Of a stretch of 64,000 nucleotides of DNA, positions 34,224 to 48,436 are shown piece after piece (the stretch's first letter is position 1; each line of letters starts with the position of its first letter). The position numbers and the translations under genes were made by a program. Below the pieces are notes generated by a model. The model made no database searches. It worked only from the letters and a program-made list of their open reading frames with translations, and was not told the DNA's origin. The DNA is taken from the NCBI RefSeq assembly GCF_009914755.1, contig NC_060929.1; one strand, given 5' to 3'. The DNA comes from the human T2T-CHM13v2.0 reference genome, Homo sapiens.

Positions 34224-34569
34224 TGTATTAGTCTGTTTTCACACTGCTTATAAAGACATATCCGAGAGTGGGTAATTTATAAAGAAAAAGAGGTTTAATG
34301 GACTCACAGTTCCACGTGGCTGGGGAGGCCTCACAATCATGGCGGAAGGTGAAAGGCACACAAGAGAGAAAAGAGAATCAAGCAAAAGGGATTTCCTCTT
34401 ATAAAACCAACATATCTCCCGAGACTTAGTCACTACCGCGAGAACAGCACGGGGGAAACTGTCCCCATGATCCAATTATCTCCCACTGGGTCCCTCCCAC
34501 AACATGTGGGAATTATGGAAGCTATAATTCAAGATGAGATTTGGGTGGTGACACTGCCAAACCGTATCA
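34224..34569 (-). mobile_element. THE1B-like solo LTR
   Basis: TGTATTAGTC...CCAAACCGTATCA; perfect TSD GTCTC. Confidence 0.94.
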
Positions 34570-35059
34570 GTCTCTAAGTTAATACAGATTCTGCCAAGAC
34601 CTCCTCCTGCCCTCCAGGTGATAGGAGAACTCTAGGGGTCCTATTCAAGTAAGCGTGTTCACAGGGGTGACCTTGCACTGTCCTGAGGGACGTTCCATAT
34701 AGGCAAAGGCTAAATTTTGTTTGGCTAGATATTTTATTCTAAATCACCTAAGCCTATTTCCTCTGCTGACTCTGGGAATTAGTACCCGGGAGATATATAT
34801 ATCAGCTAGGACTCATATGGGCCTTGGTACCACGTGATGCTTTCTGGTAAGTGCTGCTGAGGTGCCATCAGAGCCCAGAGTATTGGGTTATGGTGTCATT
34901 TAGCCATGAGCTGTGTGGCCTTGAACAGACCATGTAACCTCTGTTTCCTCATTTGTAAAATGAAGAAGTGAGCCTGGAAGTGAGCCCAGAAGTGCATCTC
35001 TGGATCTGATTTGAAGCAAGTAGATCACCATGCTCCATATTCTTTTACGGGATCACATT

Positions 35060-36278
35060 TGTAACTGCCTGTGATGGTTAATATTGAGTGTCAACTTGAC
35101 TGGATTAAAGGATGCAAAGTATTGTTCCTGGCTGTGTCTATGCCAAAGGAGATGAACATTTGAGTCAGTGGACCGGGAGAGGCAGGCCCACTCTCAGTCT
35201 GGGTGGCCACAATCTAATCAGCTGCCAGCGTGGCTAGATTAAAGCAGGAAGAATGTGGAAGGACTAGACTGGCAGAGTCTTCCAGTCTTCATCTTTCTCC
35301 AATGCTGGATGCTTCCTGCCCTCGAACGTCGGACTCCAAGTTCTTCAACTTTTGGACTGTTTGACTTACATCAGTGGTTTGCCAGGGGCTCTTGGGCCTT
35401 GGGCCACACAGTGAAGGCTGCACTGTCAGCTTCCCTAGTTTTGAGGTTTTGGGACTTGGACTGGCTTCCTTGCTCCCCAGCTTGCAGACAGCCTATTGTG
35501 GGACTTGATCTTGTGATTGTGTGAGTCAATATTCCTTAATAAGCTCTCTTTCATATATACAACTATCCTATTAGTCCTGTCTCTCCGGAGAGCCCTGACT
35601 AATTACACTGATCAATGGGTTCTTCTTGCTCACTGCGCAGATGTGTTGATTTACTAAGACAGGATAATTATGACAGAGAGAGTTTAATACACGTAGAGCC
35701 AGCTAAACGGGAGACCAGAATTAGCCTTCCTGAAAATTTGGAGGCTAGGGTTTTTCAAGGATAGTTTGGTGAGCAGGGTGAGCTGTGCTGATTTGTTGGG
35801 GATGCAATCAGGGGAGTGGGGAAATCAGTTCTCATGCACTGAGTCCACTTCTGGGTGGGGGCCACAGAGGAGGTGCTGGTCCAAGTGGAGTCATCCAGTT
35901 GTCAGACATGCAAGAGGCTGAAAAGACATCTTAAAAGGCCAATCTTAGGTTCTAATAATTGGGGAAACTGCAATTCTTGTGTCCTTTGGAACAATGACTG
36001 GTAATCATTTAACTATGCCTACATTTAGCAGAATTTAAGCGCCTCTCATAATCCTAAACTTGTGGCCTTTTATTAGTTTAACAAAAACGTAGTTTAATTT
36101 TGGGAAGCGCTATTATCATTTGAACTATAAACTAAATTTCTCCCAAAGGTAGTTCGGCCCATGCCCAGGAATGACCAAGGGCTGTTTGGAGGTTAAAGGC
36201 AAGATGGAGTTGGTTAGGTCAGGTCTCTTTCACTGTCATGATTTTCTCAATGTTGTAACTTTTGCAAAGGTAGTTTCA
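35060..36278 (-). mobile_element. LTR8/LTR8A-like ERV1 solo LTR, interrupted 10 bp from one end by MLT2A
   Basis: TGTAACTGCC at 35060 continues as CAATGGGTTCTTCTTG at about 35612; other end AGGTAGTTTCA. Confidence 0.8.
35070..35606 (+). mobile_element. MLT2A (HERV-L) solo LTR, probably MLT2A2
   Basis: TGTGATGGTTAATATTGAGTGTCAACTTGA start and CCCTGACTAATTACA end; about 537 bp. Confidence 0.9.
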
Positions 36279-36731
36279 CGATCTCCAGTCGTGGGCCCCC
36301 AGTGTGCATTTGCATGTGGTGGTGGTGGTAATAGTGGGGGGACCCCCAGGTAATTCTGGTTTGCTCCCCAGGATGTGAACATCCAGGCTAGATCATTGCT
36401 AGTATTCCTTCTGACATTCATTCATTTGTTCATCAGATATTCATCAAAAATATGTTGATATAAAGGTCTTTATGAGTCAGTTTTGAATTCTGATCCAGTA
36501 AAAAGTTGCCAGATAGATTATACAGACTATGCCAAGCAGACCTACACAGACACACACATGCACACACACACAATTTTTGGTGTGTTCCAATTAGTATGGT
36601 AATAGGTACTTGGTTAGGTTACATTAATATCATTATTTATTTTCCAAGTCAGAGTGACTTCACAGTAGTTGACAAAATGAGATGTCCTAGGACACATAAG
36701 CCAAGAAATGAGTAAAATTGAATTAAGTAGC

Positions 36732-37107
36732 TGTATTACTCCATTCTCACTCTGCTAATAAAGACATACTTGAGACTGGGTAATTTATAAAGGAAAGAGA
36801 TTTAATTGACTCACAGTTCAGCATGGCTGGGGAGGCCTCAGGAAACTTACAATCATGGCAGAAGGCGAAGCAAACAAATCCTTCACATGGCGGCAGCAAG
36901 GAGAAGTGCAGAGCAAAGTGGGGGAAAAGCCCCTTATAAAACAATCAGATCTCGTGAGAACTCTCTCACTATCACGAGAACAGCATGGAGGTAATCGCCC
37001 CCATTCAATTCAATTACCTCCCTTCAGGTACCTCCCATGACACGTGGGGATTATAGAAACTACAGTTCAAGATGAGATTTGGGTGGGAATGCAGCCAAAC
37101 CACATCA
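36732..37107 (-). mobile_element. THE1C-like solo LTR
   Basis: THE1 termini; near-TSD GTAGC/ATAGC. Confidence 0.92.
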
Positions 37108-38631
37108 ATAGCTGACTCATAAACTGCCCTGGAAAGAGAATCTGACGTCCTAGTGCCAGCTGCCACTCTGCCACCTACTGACAGTGTGATCTTGGTCAAG
37201 ACAGTTGACAAAATGCCTTAAGTTTTCTCCTCTTTACTAATTATTACTTTTCAAAGAGGATTAATCAAACTCATTGCTTGTTTTTTTGGGATGAATATTA
37301 GGATTAATGAGATAATGTGTGCAAAAACTCTTTGTGAATTGTAAAGAGCTATAAGCCTTAATATTAATCTTGCCTTATTGCTATCACTACTCTATCAAGC
37401 AGGGGCAGTGGTATTTTCCTTTCAGGCTATGACTCTTAAAGGTAGCAATAGATGATCTTGGTTTTAGTTTGTAAGTGGTGAATAATCTCTCTGGGTTTTC
37501 TCTGTCACTTTCCATGAACCATAACAACCCATGTCTTTGCATTATTGGCCTTAGCTGACTCCTCTCCAAAGCTTCCTCCTGCCTCATCCACTAAAAAATG
37601 CCCCCTGTGGTCCCCAGTGCCTCAGCTGAAACCTTTTCCACTATGGTTCTGTAAATGTAAGGCTTTGTGGTGAGCTGTGGCCATGGAGATACAAAAGCTG
37701 CATCATAGTTTATTTGGGACTGGCTTTCTAGGAAAACAAAGCAGAGTGGGAGAGATGCTGGCTTCAGTGTGTCTGTGCTTTGTCCTCCTTATCCCTTCCC
37801 TGAGGTGTGGGGGACTTTTGCAGCCCCATTTTGGGCCTCAAATTAAGACTTTCCTGCTTCATATGTTGAGGGTCCTCATCATACTCCCCCTTCCTTTCTG
37901 GATTGAGGAGAAGGGTTGGTGCATTTGTGTTCTGCCTTACAAGAGGGATGAATACAAACAGCATATTTACTGAGAGAGGCATTTTGGGATCAGAGAGACT
38001 AATGCAATGGGTCTGGAGGTGCACACTGCAGGATGCTACGGTTCCTGGGGAATGTGGTGCCTTGTCTTCTCATGTTTCTCCTTCTCAAGGGAAAGGGGAA
38101 GCATTAGATGACCTTGTCAGGGTCACTCTTAGTATTCATGCTCTAATGAGCGCTCTTCAAGCAGCTGAAGCACAATTTATTTCTAACTTTCCACACACAC
38201 TAGTGGGGGAAATTTTAGGATCACCAAAGAGGACTTAGAAGATGGCCATCCTTGTACCCTGCACCACTAACTCCTGTAGCCCCTATACCTTCTCTGTGGG
38301 GCAGTGGCTCTGTCCCGGGACACATGCTTTGCCATTGGCAGTGGTTCCTACTGAAGACAGTTGGGATGTCGGGTCCTTCTCATCAGCACTGAACTTGGGC
38401 AGTCTCTGAGCTTTGGGATCAGGGCTCCTCACACTCTCAGTGGTGGACGAACAGCTTTAACAAAATTCCCAATCCATCACAGACTGATATTTGTATAAAA
38501 ACAAATTTTTGCCTTTGTAAAAAATGAAATGAAAAAATCCAATACAAGCGCCACTTAAAAAATTATTTGATTTTAACAGGTATAATAATCTGTCAAATTG
38601 CTATCAAAGCTTTAGAAGACTTTCTATTACT

Positions 38632-38754
38632 GGCACACTTGGTTTCTCAAGCCACCCACTTGGCCCTCTTCCAAGTTGTACTTTTCTTTTCTTTTTTTCT
38701 TTCCTTACTGTTCTAAAGCTTTTAAATAAACTTTCACTCCTGCTTTGAAAAAAA
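38632..38754 (+). mobile_element. Short MER50-family LTR fragment (R region) ending in AATAAA and an A run
   Basis: Aligns by eye to 31247-31356 of the local MER50 LTR (TTGGCCCTCTTCCAAG; TCACTCCTGCT). Confidence 0.7.
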
Positions 38755-38889
38755 GAGACTGCATTACTACAAGAAACAATTCAGTAACAAATGGTTTTCC
38801 TCCCTGGGGCAGGTGCATTGACCAAACTTTGGGAAGCCCTGCTCTGGAGGACTTAGAGAGCCTACAGGCTCCTGTCTGGGGCCCACCAC

Positions 38890-39060
38890 TATGTGACAGG
38901 CAGGGGGCACACTCCCTGTGCCTTGGCTTCCTTACCTGTAGAACAGGGGTCACGACACTGCCTCCCTCATAGAGTTGTTGTGAAGATGAAATGGGTTAGT
39001 ACGTGTGCCTCTTAGAATAGAACACGGCTACTGTGCTCAGGTGTGAGCCAAATGTGATCA
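38890..39060 (+). mobile_element. MIR fragment
   Basis: CTGTGCCTTGGCTTCCTTACCTGTAGAACAGGG...TCATAGAGTTGTTGTGAAGATGAAATG core. Confidence 0.8.
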
Positions 39061-40631
39061 GTCTTCATTTACAATCAGCTCCTTAGGCTGGATGCTGTTT
39101 GTATCACTGGGATAGGAGCTGAGCCACCTGAATTTTGGAGCCACCTGACTTGTGCTCTTCTCGTTGGATAGCAAGACTTTCCTTTTCTTACAAATACTCA
39201 TTTAGGTACATTGAAACTGTTGGAACTGCAAACATTTTAGGCTTTTGCTTTTTCTGCTTTTTTTTTTTTTTTACAGTTTGCCTGTATTTTTGCTTGGAAA
39301 ATGAGACTTTATTGAGTGAATCTGTTTATCTTCTTTATTTTTGGTTAGTTTCTCTTTCTAGTTAAAATATACAAAAATTTTTAGACTCATAGTATGACAG
39401 TGGGATGTTTAGATCTAAAATAAACTGTTTTGTCAAAACTAAAAAACAGCAAGAACTCGTTTAATCCATGTACCTTTTCCTTTGGAAATCACAAATTTTC
39501 TTTTAGACTAAGAGCACTATTCCTTTTAATTAGTATAGAACATCTTATTTCTGGTGATGTTTTAGGTTTTGACATGCCCTAAAGGCAGAACACATTAGTG
39601 CCATGTTTTAAACAACTAAATCATTCTTATCAAGTCATTGGCCTAAAACTGAAATCTATAGCATAAACATGCTAAAATGACTGTTTTACTGTATTTTACC
39701 AGAACTTGGCCTCATGTTTGCATTAGACTTTTTCTAAAATACAACAACAACAAAAAAAAACGAGTGAGAAATTTCTACTTACATTGTGAATCCTATTTCT
39801 CCACAGGCTTCTGTTTTGTTTAGGAGTTGCCTTTGACAGTGTTTTGAGCACAAAATAAAGGCTGTGCAGTATTTCTGTGTTTTAATGTCACATTCAATTC
39901 TGGAGGGAAAAGTTGGTCAGATGAACAATTGATCTTTGTGTCTCTGTGCAGAGTAAATACACTACAGTAACAACATTCCCAGGGATCTCAGTTTTCTATG
40001 GTGATTCCTAAATATCTCACGTGTGTGTTACTAGGACTCACCTGCTTATGAGTTATAAAGAAGCTAAATGGACAATAATAATTCACTACTCACAGGGTTG
40101 GGTATCCACTTCAAGTGCCAATGGACACCTGCTTCACAATGGCTCCTGCCTCTGTTGCAGGCTCTCCTCTAGAAGGTGTGCCCAGGGTTCTTTGCTTGCT
40201 CTTCCTGAGTTGCTGACTGATTGCTTCATTCCTTAAAATCTTGACTGAACAATTGCCAAGCTGTGTTCCTTGATGAACTGGGGGCTGCCAACTGCCAACT
40301 CTGAACTATCCTCTGTCTCGTGTGTAGCAAAGCAGTCTGCAGTTCCTATAGCTTCTCCCAGAAGGCCATCTCAGGATGGAGTCCAGTCCTGAGTCCTGGG
40401 TACCTGATTGTGAGGACAGTGGACAGACTGTGCTGTTGGCTCCTCCTTTGTCTTTCCCTTCAGTCACTGCCACCGAAAGATTCCTTAACTGTACTCATTC
40501 AGCTGATAATACCCATTCAAATCAAGTCTTGCAAAGCCCTTCTCCCAGTCTTCTGGATTTGTTCAGACATAGTATATAAATATACATGATGAATTTATAT
40601 ATATATTATTTTATATAATATATAATAATAT

Positions 40632-40921
<290 letters not shown>

Positions 40922-41179
40922 TAATGTGGTAACTAACCACTGATGTCAAATTTATTATTTGAAGTAGTCATTAGAAAATAATGTAAGTTTTTGAAGCATT
41001 TCAATTGTATTGATTGAAGAAATATTTATTTGAAATGGATAAATGCTATTGGTCCCTCTCTAACTCCTTCAGGCACAATGTCTGCCACTAAGTGGTAGAG
41101 CGTGGAATCACTTCCAAGAGCCCCATGAAAGTGATCATCTTGTCTGACAGAAAAGGGAAGTCACCTGAGCATATCTGCT

Positions 41180-42210
41180 CTGGCCCATTGTCTCTCCTCT
41201 TTTCTGGGTCTCCAATTTAACCTACGTTTGATCTTCTCACTGTGGCCTTTATGTCTCTTATCCTCCTTTCTACATACCATTCCTTTTACTCTCTGTGTTT
41301 CATTCTATTTCTTGTGACATATCTTCCAGTTCACTAATTCTTTCTTCAGCTTCCCCTATTCTGCTGATAACTCAGTACATTGTTTCAAATTTTGGTTATT
41401 GTATTGTTTAGTTCCTGAATTTCAACTTGTTTCCTTTTCAAATCTGCAATGTAACTTTCTACCTTTTCCAGTTCTTTGCTGAAATCATTTAGTTTTTGTT
41501 TTGATCTTTTTGAGCACATTAATTATAGTAGTTTTATAGTTTATGTCTCATAATTTCACTATCTGGACTACCTGTGTGTACAATTCTGCTGCCATTTGTG
41601 CTGGTTGTTGTTCATGTTGCCCTGTCTCTTTGAGGACTGGTTATATTTTATTGGGTGTTGGACCATTGTCTTTGAAAACATTTCTTGTAGAAATAATTTG
41701 AGGCCTAGAATATATTTTTTCCCAAGGAGAATTTTCTTTTGCTTCTGCTAGGTGTTGGAGGTATCTGGAAGTACAATCCAGGATCACATCAATTTAATTG
41801 CAGGGCTTGAGACTTTGTGGGCCACACAAATGACATGCAGTCAGACTGTAAGTGAGAGCAGGTTTAATTACAGTTTGCATTTATTTCTAGGATGCAGCCC
41901 TCAGCATACCAACCCCAAGCACTGGAGTCCCCTTTTAACAGGGTCTAGATGCTGCCTTTCCCCCTGCTATTCTCATAAGGTGTCAAAAGTCCTGCTCTCC
42001 TTTTATCTGTCTCTTCAGGACAAAGGCAGCCCAGGTGTGGGTCCCTTTCTCTGAATTTTTATTTTTTACTAGATCATGGCCAAATAATTCCTCACTCTCT
42101 TGTTAGCTATTTGATCCTTTTACAATTTTTTTTTGTATATTTCATCTGGCTTTTAAAAATTCAATTCAGGAGAAGAGTTGGTTTGAATTATCCAGTCTAT
42201 CTTTAATGGA
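41180..42210 (-). mobile_element. Ancient L1M/HAL1-like fragment
   Basis: T-rich degenerate L1 ORF1-like antisense sequence (TCTTCCAGTTCACTAATTCTTTCTTCAGC). Confidence 0.6.
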
Positions 42211-42956
42211 AATATAATGGGGGAGCAGATCTATAAAGGCTGGCTAGTGCCTGTCTCCAAAGAGAAAAATTTCCAGCTGCTTGCTCTCTGCTTCAAAGCC
42301 CATCAGAAGTCAGCTCTGAGCCCACCGGAGCCCTCTGGTGCAACAAAGAAAGCAAATTGCCTGAGGTCCTGCAGTCCTGTGGTTTTATATCACATAGCCA
42401 GGCAAAATAAAACTTGCATGAGTCTTGTACACTCTTAGCCATTACATTCTCACTCTGTTGCCAACATCCCAAGCTTGTGGAATGTGAGGAAAGCACCTGG
42501 TGGCTAAGATAAAACAACAAAACCATGCTCTGCAGACCTGAGCTGTAGCTCAGGCAAAGCAAGTACCTACTTTTGCACTGCCTTGTAATATAGACTGTGC
42601 ATTTGTATGATAGTTCCTCAATTTTTTTCAAATGTCGGCTGCACTAGCTTTCAAAATTTAGCATGTATGAGAGTTTTAGGAGAGCTTGTTACAGCACAGA
42701 TTGCTGACTATACCCTGAGTTTTCAATTCAGTAAGTCTCGCCTAGAGTCTGCAAATTTGTATCTCTCCCAAGATTCCATGTGATGCGGCTGGTTTGAAAA
42801 CCACATTTTGAGAATTGAGAAACCAAACTGAGAATCATGTCTACTCCATTCTTTGGACTATAAGACTCAGGTAGGGACTGTAACTCATCCTCCTTGGTCT
42901 CTCTTACCAGCTAACTCAGTACTATGACCCATGTAGGACCTTTTAATGTAATAATC

Positions 42957-44584
42957 TGATATGGTTTGGCTCTGTGACCTCACCCAAATTTCACCTTGAA
43001 TTGTATTCCCATAATTCCCACATGTTGTGAGAGGGTGGGAGATAATTTGAATCATGGGGGCAGTTTCCCCCATACTGTTCTCATGGTAGTGAATAGGTCT
43101 CACGAAATCTGATGGTTTTATCAGGGATTTCTGCTTTTACATCTTCCTCATTTTCTCTTGCCACCACCATGTAAGAAGTGCCTTTCACCTCCCACTATGA
43201 TTCTGAGGCCTCCCCAGCCATGTGGAACTGTAAGTCCAATTAAACCTCTTTTTCTTCCCAGTCTTGGGTATGCCTTTATCAGCAGTGTGAAAACAGACTA
43301 ATACAGTAAATTGGTACCAGTAGAGTGGGGTGTTGCTGAAAAGATACCCGAAAATTTGGAAGCGAGTTTGGAACTGGGCAACAGACAGAGGTTGGGACAG
43401 TTTAGAGGGTTCAGAAGAAGACAGGAAAATGTGGGAAAGTTTGGAACTTCCTAGAGACTTGTTGAATGGCTTTGACAAAAATACTGATAATGATATGGAG
43501 AATGAAATCCAGGCTGAGTTGGTCTCAGATGGAAATGAGAAACTTGTTGGGAGCTGGAGCAAAGGTGACTCTTGCTATGTTTTAGCAAAGAGACATTTTG
43601 CCCCTATCATAGAGATTTGTGGAACTTGAACTTGAGAGAGATGATTTAGGGTATTTGGCAGAAGAAATTTCTAAGCAGCAAAGCATTCAAGAGGTGACTT
43701 GGGTGCTATTAAAGGCATTCAGTTTTAATAGGGAAGCAGAGCATGAAAGTTTGGAAAATTTGAAGCCTGACAATGTGATAGAAAATAAAATCCCATTTTC
43801 TGAGGAGAAATTCAAACTGGCTGCAGATATTTGCATAAGTAACAAGGAGCTGAATGTTAATCAGGGTAAAATGTCTCCAGGGCATGTCAGAGATCTCTGT
43901 GGCAGCCTCTCCCATCACAGACCCAGAGGTCTAGGAGGAAAAAATGGTTTTGTGGGCAGGTCCCAGGATCCCCATGCTGCATGCAGTCTAGGGATTTGAT
44001 GTCCTGTGTCTCAGCTGCTCCAGCTATGGCTGAAAGGGGCCAATATAGAGCTTGGGCCATGGTTTCAGAGGGTGAAAGCCCCAACCCTTGGCAGCTTCCA
44101 CATGGTGTTGAGCCTGGGGGTGCAAAGAAGTCAAGAATTGGGGTTTGGGAACCTCCACCTAGATTTCAGAAGATGTATGGAAATGCCTGGATGCCCAGAG
44201 AGAAGTTTGCTGCAGGGGCAGGGACACCGTGGAGAACCTCTGCTAGGACAATGCAGAAGGGAAATGTGGGGTTGGAGCCCCTACACAGAGTCCCTACTGG
44301 GGCACTGTGTAGTGGAGCTGTGAGAAGAGGGCCACCATCCTCCAGACCCCAGAATGGTAGATCCACCTACAACTTGCACTGTGTGCCTGGAAAAGCCGCA
44401 GACACTCAACACCAGCCCATGAAAGCAGCTGGGAGGGAGTCTGTACCCTGCAAAGCCACAGGGGCAGAGCTGTCCAAGGCCATGGGAACCTACCTCTTGC
44501 AGCAGTGTGACTTGGATGTGAGACCTCTTTTTCTTCCCAGTCTCAGGTATGTCTTTATTAGTAGCATGAAAACGAACTAATATA
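42957..44584 (+). mobile_element. THE1 provirus: 5' LTR (42957-43305), internal region, and only the last ~60 bp of the 3' LTR
   Basis: LTR termini; THE1-int from GTAAATTGGTACCAG; perfect TSD TAATC. Confidence 0.94.
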
Positions 44585-45145
44585 TAATCATTGACTGAAT
44601 AATTCAGGGGTTTTCTTTGGGTTGTTGTTGTTTTTGTATGTTTTTATATGGAATTTCCTAGGGTGTACTAGAGGTTTCATGGTAACTCTGCTGTCTATAG
44701 CAAGAATCACAGGACCCTTGACTTGTAGGTTTTCCCCACTCCAGTTGTGGAGAGAGGCAGCATTAGGATCAATAACTGTTGTTGAGGAACTTTCCCATTG
44801 AGGACAATTCTTCACTTTGCTTTGAGAAATGCACATACTCTTTTTTATGAACAAATGCTAGTTGTGGCAGGCTATGATTGCTAAAAATCAGGGGTGGTTG
44901 AATTTAATTTGATTACAGAGACAAAAGCGTGTGGAGCCAGGAAGAGAAGCAAAATATGTGGGAAGATAAATAGTCTAAAAAAGAGATAAAGAAAGAACCT
45001 TCAGAGCCTGAGCAGGTGGCCACCATATGACCCCTGGGTGCTGCCTGAGTGTATCTGAGATAAAGATTCCTGTAGGAAGGCCTTGGTGTTTACTATCCTC
45101 CCTGCTGGTGGGTGGAAAAGAACCGCCTGGTGGGGTAGAAGTGGT

Positions 45146-45910
<765 letters not shown>

Positions 45911-47382
45911 TGGGGGTGAAATAGGTAAAGTCTTTCTTTGGCACTTGCTGGTCTTTTTTTGGTGGGCTTGTCCATCCTCTATTGCCCCAGTGTTCTCATA
46001 TTAGAGGTCCCTCCTTTCTGGTAAGCTGGTAAGTGATTGGACGGTATAGTGTTAATGACTGAAGAACATTTCTATTTAATTTAGCTAAGTTCAACAAATT
46101 ACTGGTTAGCTGCCACATTCCAGGCATTTTTAGCCACTGGAAGTAAAAAAAGAAATGCAACACAGTCTCTGTCCTTTTCATTCTAATGGGAGATGCAAAG
46201 CACTATGGCAGGGGCAGGCAGAGGGCAAGAATGAGTAAGTAAGTTGACCATGAACTTTTTAATCAAAATTGAGAAATTTTAGAAAGTGAAAGAGGATGCT
46301 AAAAAATTATAGTGGATCAATGGAAAGGAGGATGCAGGGTCATGCTATCTTTTCAGGGCCTGTGGGAGCAACGAGAAGGGGCTATTTAGTACAGCTCAGC
46401 CTAGCCAGTAGGTTGTGGGTGGGGGCTTAGAGCAGAATTGTAGAACACTACTTAGTGGATATTGTGCTTGAGTTGAGTCTTGAGCCTGAACTTTTGCATT
46501 TTAAAGCAAGACCCCCTGAAAAGAAGCAGTGTTTTCCCCAAATGACTCTACTGGTGTAATTTAAGGTGTTATGATCCCTGGGAGTGCAAAAGGAGAACAT
46601 TTCCAAATCATACTACTTTGAGTGATCAATGATAGACCTTATGTTCTTAATAAACATTTATCATGTGTAGAGGGAGCAAAAATCACTTGGTAGTTCACGA
46701 TTCCTCATTTCAGAAAAACGAAAGTTCAGTTGATTCACTCAGAACTCTTAGAAAAAAAAGAGAAGCAATTTACTCATTCCTCCTCAACCCTGTCATACCT
46801 CTCTAACCTTCTCTCTCTGTCTCTCTCTTTTAGTACACAAAGTCAGTAAAGCTGATCTTTGGGCCAAGGTTGTAACATGGTCAGTCCCAGGTTGGAGACA
46901 ACTAATCTCATTGTAAGACAGCTCTCAATATTTAAACAAAGCTAAAGTCTGCATTAGAGCTCAATGGTATGTCCTTGAAGTCTGTATTTCGTCAGCTAGT
47001 CTCTGCCCCAAGCTTTCCCTTCATTGCTAGATTTCTTTCCTAATTACCTTGCCTGCATTTACTTTCTCACCTGCTGAGAACATATTCTCACAGTAGCATA
47101 ATTGCATAGCTGTGGCTTATATTTTGCTACTACCTTGGGTACTGTTTGCTGCAAATAAGGACATTTACGGTCCCTGAGAGATGTTGAAACAGTCCCAAAA
47201 TAACAGACATGCAAACGCTTTGCCTGATTAGCTGCTACTTATTAAAACATATGGTTTAAGGACTGAGTTGCCAATTTTATGTTTCCATAAAGTACTGCAT
47301 GGTCTTGAATAATGAGGCAAATTGCAGAATACTGATGTTTATGAGCAGTCAAATCTGTGGGTTTCAGAGGCACAGACCGTGA

Positions 47383-47731
<349 letters not shown>

Positions 47732-47912
47732 TGTATTATGTATTTTTAACATCTTTTGCTCTTACAAGGATTGGGCTCTACTTGTTTTCTTTGTTGGGTT
47801 ATATCTTAGTCTACTACTGTCTTTGACCTTGTTGATGTTTCTGGGTACAAGCAAAACGGAAAAGGCTTCAGGTTTTCCTTTCAGAGGTTTTGCATAAAAG
47901 TCCAGTGTTTGG

Positions 47913-48362
47913 CTATTATGGGTTGAATTGTGTCCTGGAAAAGGATACATTGAAGACTTGGCCCCCAGAACCTCAGAATGTGACCTTATTTGGAAACAGG
48001 TTGATTGAAGTTGTAATTAGTTAAGACGTAATACTGGAGTGGACCGGGCTCCTTATCCAATATGACTGGTGTCCTTATATGAAGCTGGTTATGTGAAGAC
48101 ACAGACACACAGGGAGAATGCCATGAAGATGGGAGATGGTGCAACTACAAGCCAAGGAATGCCGAAGACTGCTGGCAACCACCAGAAGAAGCTAGGAAGA
48201 GACAAGAAGGATTTCCCTCCAGGTTTCAGAAAGAGTATGGCTCTGCCAACACCTTCCTCTGAGACTTCTAGCCCCCAGAACTGTGAGAAAATACATTTCT
48301 CTGTTTAAAGCCACCCAGTTTATGGTACTTTCTTCCTGCAGCCCTAGGAATCTAATGGCTAA
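47913..48362 (+). mobile_element. MLT1B/C solo LTR
   Basis: ATGGGTTGAATTGTGTCC...CCTCAGAATGTGACCTTATTTGGAAA. Confidence 0.87.
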
Positions 48363-48436
48363 TGAAGTCTGGGCCCATGGTTCCCCCTCTGGATGCCTCA
48401 TTCACAGAAATGGTTCCAGGTGACCTGGGTGGTGTA

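Noticed and set aside
42327-42341. CTCF-like motif GCACCAGAGGGCTCC on the minus strand
   Set aside because: Weaker match with no supporting CpG retention or motif cluster
43981-44580. 199-aa ORF
   Set aside because: Lies wholly in THE1 internal sequence and the fused LTR tip; a typical decayed MaLR frame
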